This document shows, one piece after another, positions 16,460 to 24,474 of a stretch of DNA of 32,000 nt. Each line of letters opens with the position of its first letter. The stretch's first letter is position 1. Under the pieces are notes generated by a model, which was not told the DNA's origin, did not search any database, and was given only the letters and a program-made list of their open reading frames with translations. The stretch spans positions 1-32,000 of the forward strand of contig JBBIMK010000017.1 in the NCBI GenBank assembly GCA_037444445.1, in the 5' to 3' direction. Position numbers and translations under genes: made by a program. The stretch comes from a bacterium. Lineage in GTDB: Bacteria; UBP7; UBA6624; JBBIMK01.

Positions 16460-17269
16460 TCATCCCTTCCTGTTAAAAAGGAGGCTTTCCAGCCCCATTC
16501 GGAGGCCGCGGGTGTGGACCACCTCTCGCAATGCCAGGAGAACACCGGGCAGGTAAGCCTCCGGATTGATTACGGAGTGAGAGATAGTGAGGATTTCGCC
16601 GGGAGAGGTGAGGAACACGGTTTGAGAGGCAGTGAATCCGGGGAGGCGAAGGCTATGAATCCGAATTCCGCCCACGGAAGCGCCGCGAGCCCCCGCCACC
16701 GTCTCTGAGAATGCAGACTCCTCTTCAATCCTCCCCGCCTCCTGCATCTGTCTGGCTGTGGTTAAGGAGGTTCCTGAGGGAGCATCTCTCTTCCCCCGGT
16801 GGTGGATTTCCACGATTTCAGAGGCGGGGAAAAAGGGAGCTCCTTCCCGGGAAAATTTCATCATCAGCACAGCACCAATGGAAAAATTCGGAGCCCAGAT
16901 CAGCGCCACCCCCTCCTTCTCCGCTTCCTCCCCTAACCGGTGGAGCAGGTCCTCGGAAATCCCTGTGGTTCCCACCACCTGATGAATCCCCTGACGGATG
17001 AGATAGGAACCGTGGCGGGTGAAGGCATCCGCAGAAGTAAAATCCACGCTCACCTCAGGCTGAACCTCTTTCACCGCAGATTCTACGGATGCAAAGACGG
17101 GGATGTCCGGGTAGTCATCGCCGAGGGCTTTCAGCGAAGAATGAGGGAAGTGAGGGGCCACGCCTCCGACCACCTGCACGGACGCGCTTTCCCGCACTCC
17201 AGCCCGGGCAAGACCGCAGGCTATAGCTCTGCCCGCTCGCCCCGTCGCTCCACACACCAGCACCTTCAC
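16460..17269 (-). CDS. dapB: 4-hydroxy-tetrahydrodipicolinate reductase
   Basis: GTG start. N-terminal KVLVCGATGRAGRAI Rossmann motif, then APNFSIGAVLM and the EIVEIHHRGKRDAPSGT active-site region. 269 aa. Confidence 0.9.
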   Translation of the reverse strand: MKVLVCGATGRAGRAIACGLARAGVRESASVQVVGGVAPHFPHSSLKALGDDYPDIPVFASVESAVKEVQPEVSVDFTSADAFTRHGSYLIRQGIHQVVGTTGISEDLLHRLGEEAEKEGVALIWAPNFSIGAVLMMKFSREGAPFFPASEIVEIHHRGKRDAPSGTSLTTARQMQEAGRIEEESAFSETVAGARGASVGGIRIHSLRLPGFTASQTVFLTSPGEILTISHSVINPEAYLPGVLLALREVVHTRGLRMGLESLLFNRKG

Positions 17270-17394
17270 TCTCTCACCTGCCTCAGGGGGATAAAAACTG
17301 ATTCCCTTCTTCCATCTTCTTCCCCTCTCCCCTGCTTTTCATCGTTTGGATTCTGAATCACCAGAACTTGTCCCAGATTCCTGATTTTTTAACC

Positions 17395-18078
17395 TCAGGG
17401 CATTTCCCCTCCAGACTCTATCCACTCCCGATACAATTTCATCATTCCCTTCCAGTCTTTGGGAATCGTTGGCGATTCCGAAGATGAAGAAGGGAAGCGG
17501 ATGATGAAACGGGCTCTAAACTTTTCCGGCTTCAATGGTTTCCCGTTTTTCCCCTTCAATCCCCGGGCTTCTATGATGTACACCTCTCCAGGATGAGGAT
17601 AGAACTCCGGCAGGAGGTGGAAGTAGACTTCCCTCCCTCCTTTCTTCCACTGGAACTCCCCTTTCCCCCGGACAGGGAAGGGGCCTATCTGCTTCTCATC
17701 GGGCTGAACAATATAATAGAACAGTCCCCCCTCCACGGAAGCCTGGTCCATAGGTTGGCTAAACAGAGCGGCTCCTGTAAAGTTGGGAGGGATTTTCCTG
17801 CTTTTCAGAGGATTGGGCGTGAGGGCAAGAATCTGTGGAGGCTCATTCTTCGCCTGATAGACGCTGAATACCGCTCCCCCCGCAAACAGTAAGACCACCC
17901 CTATCCCGACCCCTGTCACCCACCTTCTAAAGTGGAAAGGTGGGAAAAAGGTATGCATTCTCCCCCCTTCCCTCCTCTCAAGTTTCATATCTTGCATCCC
18001 TATCTCGGGTGGGATTGCCCTGCCAAGATTGAGGGTTTCCGTTTCTTCCTGCAAGGGTGGTTTCCTTTTGACCTTCAT
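17395..18078 (-). CDS. Hypothetical single-pass membrane protein with a possible SbsA-type Ig-like domain
   Basis: It has a basic N-terminus and a TM helix (VTGVGIGVVLLFAGGAVFSV). The periplasmic segment LTPNP...FSQPMDQASV...W...F.LLP...PGEVYIIEARGLKGKNGKPL resembles the Big_5/SbsA Ig pattern. I prefer the ATG at 18078 over the TTG at 18099. Confidence 0.5.
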   Translation of the reverse strand: MKVKRKPPLQEETETLNLGRAIPPEIGMQDMKLERREGGRMHTFFPPFHFRRWVTGVGIGVVLLFAGGAVFSVYQAKNEPPQILALTPNPLKSRKIPPNFTGAALFSQPMDQASVEGGLFYYIVQPDEKQIGPFPVRGKGEFQWKKGGREVYFHLLPEFYPHPGEVYIIEARGLKGKNGKPLKPEKFRARFIIRFPSSSSESPTIPKDWKGMMKLYREWIESGGEMP

Positions 18079-18120
18079 TCTGCCTTTCCTTTTACCCAAC
18101 CCTGACTCCGACTGGTTGAT

Positions 18121-18864
18121 TCACTTCGCCACCGCATCTGCCTGAACGGTGAACTTCACATCAAAGCCAGACCCGGAAATGACCCCTAAAGTAGGGTTCA
18201 CCTTGCCAGTGCCACTTCCCACCACCTTCTTTAACTTCCCATTCTCGGTGGAAAGATAGACTTTTCCCCTGAAATGAACTTCTTCCCGATGCCCCAGGAC
18301 GCCGGTATATTCATTTTCATAGTCAATTTCCGCCTCAATTTCCGCAATTTTATCTTTCACCGATAGCAGTTTATATTTCCCCGTGATTGAGCCCTTCTGA
18401 CCCCTGTCATCCCAGGGGCTATAATAGGGCCAGACATCCCCCGGTTTCACCTCTATGAGAGGATACAACCCTACATTAAACGGGTTGAGCGGGTGCATCA
18501 GGAACTCCGATTCATCCGCACAGATGTAGCCGGTGATAAAAGCAGGGGTGAGAGTGGAGGACTCTATTTTACAGCGAGATTTCATTTTCACCAGCCCGTC
18601 GGGACGATCCTCTGCTTTCCACAGAGTGGCTTTTTCCACTACGGTGCCTTTTGCCACCTTTGTGAAAAACCCCACTTTCGCCGTGCCATCCAGGGTCGCA
18701 GAAATCCGGAAATACTCCATCGCTCCTGTGGCAAGAGTATATTTGAGGGTATACAGGGTCGGAGGCGGGGCTGACTCCTTCGGCGGATTCCCCGGTTTCG
18801 CCGATACCACCCCGGTCAAGAGAGTGAGCAAAAGATAAACACCCCACCTTTTCCTTCTCCTCAT
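18121..18864 (-). CDS. Hypothetical secreted protein of 247 aa
   Basis: ATG at 18864 has GAGGTGGTG upstream. The signal peptide is MRRRKRWGVYLLLTLLTGVVSA. The body looks beta-rich and has no motif I recognise. The ORF-track extension to 18951 would read through the hairpin repeat. Confidence 0.55.
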   Translation of the reverse strand: MRRRKRWGVYLLLTLLTGVVSAKPGNPPKESAPPPTLYTLKYTLATGAMEYFRISATLDGTAKVGFFTKVAKGTVVEKATLWKAEDRPDGLVKMKSRCKIESSTLTPAFITGYICADESEFLMHPLNPFNVGLYPLIEVKPGDVWPYYSPWDDRGQKGSITGKYKLLSVKDKIAEIEAEIDYENEYTGVLGHREEVHFRGKVYLSTENGKLKKVVGSGTGKVNPTLGVISGSGFDVKFTVQADAVAK

Positions 18865-18924
18865 TTCTTCACCACCTCTTGTTATAGCAATTACCATTAT
18901 ACACCATTTTAACAGGAGAAAGAA

Positions 18925-18960
18925 ATGACACCTTTTGGGGTCAGGCACCAAACGGTGTCA
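18925..18960 (-). terminator. Copy 3 of the hairpin repeat, a likely terminator of the LptC/LptA-like gene
   Basis: It reads AATGACACCTTTTGGGGTCAGGCACCAAACGGTGTCA. On the minus strand it starts 12 nt after the stop of the 788-aa gene and is followed by TTTCTTTCT. Confidence 0.55.
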
Positions 18961-18971
18961 CATCTGATTTT

Positions 18972-21338
18972 TCACAGCCCCACATCGCCTGTGGCTTTCT
19001 CCAATGTGGGCAAGCCGGTTTTCAAATCGTAGAGAAAGCGAGCCCCTTTTAACTCTGCGCCTTGCTTCGTTGTCAGCGTGATATTTCCTTCCACCACGAG
19101 GATAGAGTCCAGGATAAGAAAATAGGCGCTATCACCGGTGATTTCACCATCTCTGGATTCCAGTTTCACCGGTCCTGTGAAATCTATTTTATCGTTTTCT
19201 TTCTCTCCCTTCAGGGAGGAGCAGGTGAGATGGAAGGAGTTTTCGTTCATCCGGCGGGTGAGAGCCACATTCCCTTCTGCCTGAAAGGTGTGAGTCTCGT
19301 TCTCGGGTTCGCCCGAAGAGAGGGATGAGAATTTATCTGCGGACAGCGTGGTAGCTTCCTCTTGCAAGCGGGCATTTCCTGTGATTTCCATCTTCTTTTC
19401 TGTAAAGGAAAGAGTAGAACCGGTGAGGGTGGCTCCACCGTCGCTGCCCAGGAAATTCTCCGGGGTGTTCAAGGTGACATCGGAGAGTTCACCTTCCCTT
19501 CCACCATCCGTGGGCTGGTGATACAGGAAGTTAGAGCCTGTGATGGTCAGGCGTCCCTGCTGGATCCGGGAGTTCCCGTCCACCTGCATAGAAATGGGTT
19601 CATAGGTGAAAGAAACCGCCCGCCCGATGACAACCAGAGGTCCTTTACCAGCCCCAATAGCGGATGGCAGACTGGTTTTCAGAAGGTGAATCTCCGGCGA
19701 GCCGGTGGCGGTTCCGGACTTTTTTTCCGTATCCAGAGAGATAGCATCTGCAGTGAGGATAAAATCTTCCTGCTGTTCGGGCTCCGGGCGGGTCTTCAAC
19801 TCTGCGCTCCCTTTCAGACTCACGAAAGGCTCTTGAAGGGTCAGGGTTTCCGCAGAGGCCTGGAAGGTTTTCCCCGTCAGCCGTGCTTTCCCCATCAAGG
19901 CTATGCGGTCCTGCTCTTTCCTGGCCGATGAAGCGGAGAAGGTGTAGCCTTTATATTTCCCCTCGGTCCCGCCGGTAAAATGAAAATAGGAAGAGCCCTT
20001 CCAGTTGCCCTCCGGAGCCCGAATGGAGGTCTCTTCCTTCAGGAGAGTGAGGCGTAAATCCCCGCTCCCTTCCCCGGTTTTCTCCTTCTGCTTCAAAGTC
20101 AGGGTTCTGGCGAAGACCTCATAGCGCTCCGTGGTTACATGGGAGTTGGCCAGGAAAAATGTGGAGGAGGAAGGAAAGAATGCAAGTTTGGAAGCGGAAG
20201 CGGAGGACTGCCCCTGCTCTATCAGAACATCCCCTTCCGCAATCAGGTCGCCTTCATCTATCGTAGACTGCAACAGCCTGGCGCGAAGCGTTCCGGGTGG
20301 CGCCTCTGCACCGGTGTAAAACCACTCCGGATGAGAATCTTTCACCAGTACATTGCCCGACAATCGCAGTTGATTCTCTTTAACAATCACCGTGGCTTCT
20401 TCCGCAGTGATGCCCATAGATTGATGAGATATATCCACATTCCCTCTGGCGAAGAGGTAGCCCAGTTCCCAGTAGAACTCCAGGGAGTCAGCGGAGAGGA
20501 GGCTGGAAGACCCGAAAGAGGCATCCCCGCGCCCGTCGGAGTAGACCTTTTTCGTCTCCGTATCCACCTTCAATGAATCTGCAAAGAGGGTATTCTTCCC
20601 GGACCTCACTGAGGCTTTTTCCCTCCTGAATGGTAGGGTTAACTCGGACTGAAGAAAGAAGCGAGAGGGCCAGGAAATCCGTTGCAAGTAAAAATTTTTC
20701 GTCCACTCCTTTCCATGCAAATCCGCATACTTAAAGTTCTCCTGATACTGGATGTATTCCGCCTCCATCTGCACCTTTTTCTTTCCCTTGAGTTGAACCT
20801 TCACATTTCCGAACAGCTCTGCCATTTTCTGGTCCGGGTAATACAGAAGAACATCGGCGGTGAAACGGTGGCCATCCCGGGTGGTGATGAGAGTACGGCT
20901 GGGGGCGAAAAGCGTCCGATACTGCTTAGCCCAGTAGAGGCTATTCGTGGAAATCCTGGCACCGTCGGAGGTTATCACCTGTATCTTATCCTCAAATTGG
21001 AGTTTCCGCAAGTTCCAATCGTAACTGGCTTTGCGGGCTTTCAGGCTCGCCACCTTCTCACCCTTTTCATAAAATTCGGCGTTCGTTATACCCGTGAGAT
21101 TAGAGATAGAAAGCGTTTCTTGTGAGGTTCCTTTCTCCGCCTCCAACCGGGCGATGGGGACGCCTTCCTCATCCACCACTTCCACCTTCACATCCCTGGA
21201 TTCTGTGGGCACAGTCCCCCGATTCAGAATCTTCTGCTCCAGTTCAGTAGATTTCTGAAAGATGAGGTGGATGCCTTCGTAGACCCCTGCACCCGCCAGC
21301 CCCATCAGGAGAAGAAAATGAACGGTATGAAACTTCAT
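18972..21338 (-). CDS. Membrane-anchored protein made of an LptC-like module plus several LptA/OstA-like beta-jellyroll repeats
   Basis: 788 aa with an N-terminal anchor (FLLLMGLAGAGVY). An LptC-like segment follows (LKARKASYDWNLRKLQFEDKIQVITSDGARISTNSLYW...AELFGNVKVQL). After that come recurrent LptA-type strands: ARGNVDISHQ...LSGNVLVKD, AEGDVLIEQG, ITGNARLQEE, AEGNVALTRR, and VEGNITLTTKQGAELKGARFLYD. Confidence 0.6.
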   Translation of the reverse strand: MKFHTVHFLLLMGLAGAGVYEGIHLIFQKSTELEQKILNRGTVPTESRDVKVEVVDEEGVPIARLEAEKGTSQETLSISNLTGITNAEFYEKGEKVASLKARKASYDWNLRKLQFEDKIQVITSDGARISTNSLYWAKQYRTLFAPSRTLITTRDGHRFTADVLLYYPDQKMAELFGNVKVQLKGKKKVQMEAEYIQYQENFKYADLHGKEWTKNFYLQRISWPSRFFLQSELTLPFRREKASVRSGKNTLFADSLKVDTETKKVYSDGRGDASFGSSSLLSADSLEFYWELGYLFARGNVDISHQSMGITAEEATVIVKENQLRLSGNVLVKDSHPEWFYTGAEAPPGTLRARLLQSTIDEGDLIAEGDVLIEQGQSSASASKLAFFPSSSTFFLANSHVTTERYEVFARTLTLKQKEKTGEGSGDLRLTLLKEETSIRAPEGNWKGSSYFHFTGGTEGKYKGYTFSASSARKEQDRIALMGKARLTGKTFQASAETLTLQEPFVSLKGSAELKTRPEPEQQEDFILTADAISLDTEKKSGTATGSPEIHLLKTSLPSAIGAGKGPLVVIGRAVSFTYEPISMQVDGNSRIQQGRLTITGSNFLYHQPTDGGREGELSDVTLNTPENFLGSDGGATLTGSTLSFTEKKMEITGNARLQEEATTLSADKFSSLSSGEPENETHTFQAEGNVALTRRMNENSFHLTCSSLKGEKENDKIDFTGPVKLESRDGEITGDSAYFLILDSILVVEGNITLTTKQGAELKGARFLYDLKTGLPTLEKATGDVGL

Positions 21339-21346
21339 CCTCTATT

Positions 21347-21375
21347 ATTTTACCCCGGAAATTTCGTGCAGTGAA
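21347..21375 (-). promoter_or_regulatory. Candidate promoter TTCACT-N17-TAAAAT, only 8 nt upstream of the ATG of the 788-aa gene
   Basis: On the minus strand, the -35 is at 21370..21375 and the -10 at 21347..21352, with the ATG at 21338. No properly spaced SD is present, because GAGG abuts the ATG. Confidence 0.3.
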
Positions 21376-21416
21376 GGGCTACCTGCTCCCCCACCTGAAG
21401 TGAACAGGTAATTCTC

Positions 21417-22889
21417 TTAATCCTGCGGGATTGAGATGTCCAGCATTGTGGGGGGACCGTAGCCGAGGGATTCTAACGGTTTGTCAAAATCCGTGCTTTT
21501 ACCCACGGTGAGAAAGATAAAGGATTCCGGATGAACTTTTCGTCGTGCCGCTGACAGCATCTCTGCCTTCGTTGCCTTTACGATGCCTTCCCGATACCGC
21601 TCCAGGAAATCCGCCGGATAGCCGTAGTATTCGTAGGTCAATTGCCTCTGAATGATTTCGCCTGTGGTATCAAAATTGAAGATAAAGGAGTTCAGCAGGC
21701 TCTCTTTGGCATACCGGATGTCCTCTTCGTTGAATTCGCCGTTCAGCATCTTCTGAAACTCTTCCAGGATAGAAGAGATGGCTTCCAGAGTGGACTCTGA
21801 TTTGGTTCCAGCGGAGGCGGCGAGGATGCCGGGGTAGAGGTAGGAAGCACCCATACCGGCACCCACCGAGTAGGCAAGCCCCTTCTTCGCACGAACAGTA
21901 GCGAAGAGCCTGCCCGCAAACCCGCCAGAGAGAATTTCGTACCAGACCGAAAGGGGAAAATAATCCGGGTCGTCCATCCTGAAGCCCAGATTTCCCATCC
22001 TCAGATTGGACTGGTTCACATCCTCTTTCTCCACATGATAAACGGCAGGCCCGGAGGGGGCAACGATGGGTGGTATCGGCGGGAAGTTCACATCTCCAGG
22101 CTCCCATCCAGCGAAGGCTTCTTCAATTTTTTTCACCAGGTCGTCGGTATCAAAATCTCCCCAGGCTCCTAAAATCATAGCATTGGGCTTGAAATACCTC
22201 CGGTGGAATGCGATCAGGTCATCCCGGGTGATGGAGTCAATGGTCTGATATTCCGTGTGGCGTGCCAGGGGGTGATTCTTCCCGTAAATCAGTTTTGCAA
22301 ATTCCCTGAAAGCGATACCGCTCGGGCTATCATTTCTTCTGGATATACTACTTTTTGCCTGAATTTTCGCCAGAGCGATTTTGTCTTCTGGAAAGGCAGG
22401 ATTCCTGAGGACATCCGAAAGATATTTCAAGCCTTCACCCAGGTTTTCCTTCATCACGGAGAGGGAGGCGAAGCCGGATTCCTGCCCGATGCCCACTTCC
22501 AGAGAGGCGGCAATGGACTCTAAATCTTCATCCAGCTCATCGCCGGAGATAGATTTCGTGCCCCCTGTTCGCATCACGGTTGCGGTGATACCTGCCAGCC
22601 CCACTTTATCCGCAGGTTCATAGATACTCCCGGTCCGGATGCGCACCTCTATATCCACCGTGGGGAATTCGTGGTCTTCCAGGAGTAAAAGGAGCATGCC
22701 ATTGGAGAGTGGAATGCGCCGGGGATGAGGGATGTCAAAAGCGGGCAGGGGCGGGTATTTCAGCGTTTTCCACAGGGGAGGGGGTTTTCGCCCCACCATC
22801 TCCGAGTCATCCCCTCGCCCCGCTAACAGCAGAAAAAAAGCCCCCAGGCACAGGGTGAAAAAAGCAGGATGAAATCCTTTCCTTCCCAT
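21417..22889 (-). CDS. M16-family peptidase subunit lacking the zinc-binding motif (non-catalytic partner)
   Basis: ATG at 22889 has AAGGAGGG upstream, 1 nt after the preceding stop. The signal peptide is FFTLCLGAFFLLLAG. It has M16 fold landmarks, but GLAGITATVMRTGGT stands where HxxEH should be. Confidence 0.85.
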   Translation of the reverse strand: MGRKGFHPAFFTLCLGAFFLLLAGRGDDSEMVGRKPPPLWKTLKYPPLPAFDIPHPRRIPLSNGMLLLLLEDHEFPTVDIEVRIRTGSIYEPADKVGLAGITATVMRTGGTKSISGDELDEDLESIAASLEVGIGQESGFASLSVMKENLGEGLKYLSDVLRNPAFPEDKIALAKIQAKSSISRRNDSPSGIAFREFAKLIYGKNHPLARHTEYQTIDSITRDDLIAFHRRYFKPNAMILGAWGDFDTDDLVKKIEEAFAGWEPGDVNFPPIPPIVAPSGPAVYHVEKEDVNQSNLRMGNLGFRMDDPDYFPLSVWYEILSGGFAGRLFATVRAKKGLAYSVGAGMGASYLYPGILAASAGTKSESTLEAISSILEEFQKMLNGEFNEEDIRYAKESLLNSFIFNFDTTGEIIQRQLTYEYYGYPADFLERYREGIVKATKAEMLSAARRKVHPESFIFLTVGKSTDFDKPLESLGYGPPTMLDISIPQD

Positions 22890-22890
22890 C

Positions 22891-24378
22891 TCACTTCCCT
22901 CCTTTCGGAACTGTGCGAATAAACGCCACCGTTCGGTTAGACTCTTTGAGATACTGTCGTGCCACCCGTTGCACATCTGCGGGCGTCACTTGCATAATTT
23001 TCTCCGGTTCCCGGAAAAGGTTATGCCAGGAACCCGTGATGACTTCAAAAAATGCCAGTTGACCGGAGAGTCCAAAATTAGAGGATAGCCCGCGAATGAA
23101 GGAGGCTTTCGCACGAGTTTGAAATCTTTTTACCTCTTCCGGGGTCACGCCTTCGTCCTGGATTTTCTGAATTTCCAGGTAGATGAGGGGTTCCAGAGCC
23201 TCCGCCGTTTTTCCCTTTACCGGTGTGGCGCTGATTTCCAGAAGCCCGGGATATTTATTTCCGGGCGTGCCGGAGAAAACGGAAACGCCCGTGGCAATTT
23301 TTTCCTGCTTCACAAGGCGTTGATACAGACGGGAAGTGCGCCCGGAGCCGAGAATACTTGCCAGCGCCTGAATGGCCGGGCGGTCTGGATGCACAAACTC
23401 AACCGTGTGATACCCGATGAAGAGTTGAGGCTGGGCCACATCAAAAAGAATTACCCTGCGCTCTGCATTTTGAGGGGGCTCTTGAGTGACTACCGGTGGG
23501 GGGTCTTCACCCGGCGGGATTCTCGTAAAATACTTCTCTGCGAGGCGTTTTACTTCATCCGGGTCCACATCGCCCACGACGACAATGACCAGGTTTTTAG
23601 CGCCGTAGTATTTTTTGAAAAATGCTTGCGCCTGGGTGAGAGAAACAGTGGAAATGTCTGCGCGATGCCCAATGACGGGGCGACCATAGGGGTGGGCTTT
23701 GAAGGCGGCAGCATCAAACTCTTCTGCCAGCCGCCCGAAGGGGCTGGACTCGGTCCGCAATCGCCGCTCCTCCAGCACCACATCCCGCTCCCTGTAAAAC
23801 TCACGCAGCACCGGGTCCGCAAACCTTTCCGACTCTAACACCGCCCAGAGTTCCAGTCGGTTGGAAGGTAGAGCGTAAAAATACTGGGTGGATTCTGAGG
23901 TGGTGAATGCATTCAAAGAAACCCCGCCATTCTCCTCAATAATTCGGTCAAACTCGTTCGTCACAGCGTAAGAATCTGCCTTCGCACGTAACTTCAGGAA
24001 CTCTTCCTGAAGATGTTGAACGGTGTCCGGGTCGGCTTTCCTTTGCACCGCATCCCGATAAGCCTGATAAGCCTCCTCCATGGCCCGTATGGCTTTCTTT
24101 TCTTCCCGATAATTCCGGGTGCCGATGGTGGAGGTGCCCTTGAATGCCATATGCTCAAAAAGATGAGCCAGCCCCGTTTCACCCATGGCTTCATCCACCC
24201 CGCCCACATCGGCATAAGTGCGGAAAGTGAACACCGGCGCCTCTCCCCGGTCCAGCACAAGCATCTTCAGCCCATTGGAAAGAGTGAACTCCACCACCCG
24301 ACTCTCATACTCGGTGTAAGATGCCCCGATGAGCACGACGATGAAGAAAGATATTGCAACCTTCCAGAAATTTTTCAT
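22891..24378 (-). CDS. M16-family (pitrilysin/insulinase-like) zinc peptidase, catalytic subunit
   Basis: The zinc motif HLFEH occurs within GLAHLFEHMAFKGT, and a downstream ERRLRTE glutamate region is present. The signal peptide is MKNFWKVAISFFIVVLIGA. I prefer the ATG at 24378 (GGGGGTGA upstream) over the GTG at 24390. Confidence 0.9.
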   Translation of the reverse strand: MKNFWKVAISFFIVVLIGASYTEYESRVVEFTLSNGLKMLVLDRGEAPVFTFRTYADVGGVDEAMGETGLAHLFEHMAFKGTSTIGTRNYREEKKAIRAMEEAYQAYRDAVQRKADPDTVQHLQEEFLKLRAKADSYAVTNEFDRIIEENGGVSLNAFTTSESTQYFYALPSNRLELWAVLESERFADPVLREFYRERDVVLEERRLRTESSPFGRLAEEFDAAAFKAHPYGRPVIGHRADISTVSLTQAQAFFKKYYGAKNLVIVVVGDVDPDEVKRLAEKYFTRIPPGEDPPPVVTQEPPQNAERRVILFDVAQPQLFIGYHTVEFVHPDRPAIQALASILGSGRTSRLYQRLVKQEKIATGVSVFSGTPGNKYPGLLEISATPVKGKTAEALEPLIYLEIQKIQDEGVTPEEVKRFQTRAKASFIRGLSSNFGLSGQLAFFEVITGSWHNLFREPEKIMQVTPADVQRVARQYLKESNRTVAFIRTVPKGGK

Positions 24379-24474
24379 CGGACCTTTCACCCCCTTGTAG
24401 AACCTCTACTCTAATATTATAATCCTTGACTTTCTCCTGGAGAGTTTTCTTTATAACGGGAGAGAAGAAGCCAT

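Noticed and set aside
17270-17394. Looked for a lysine (L-box) riboswitch or other leader upstream of dapB, and likewise upstream of aspartate kinase (7663..7786)
   Set aside because: The regions are about 125 nt, shorter than an L-box aptamer plus expression platform. I found no conserved L-box elements, only weak 5-bp stems.
7704-18960. Three copies of the same repeat as a possible CRISPR array
   Set aside because: The spacings are about 870 bp and about 10 kb, with full-length genes in between. There is no regular repeat-spacer periodicity and there are no cas genes.
24391-24474. TATAAT box (minus strand, 24416..24421) as the promoter of the M16 peptidase genes
   Set aside because: No acceptable -35 hexamer lies at 16-18 nt (CTCTCC/TCTCCA), and the sequence is palindromic AT-rich, so TATAAT also occurs on the plus strand. 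It is too weak to list as a feature.
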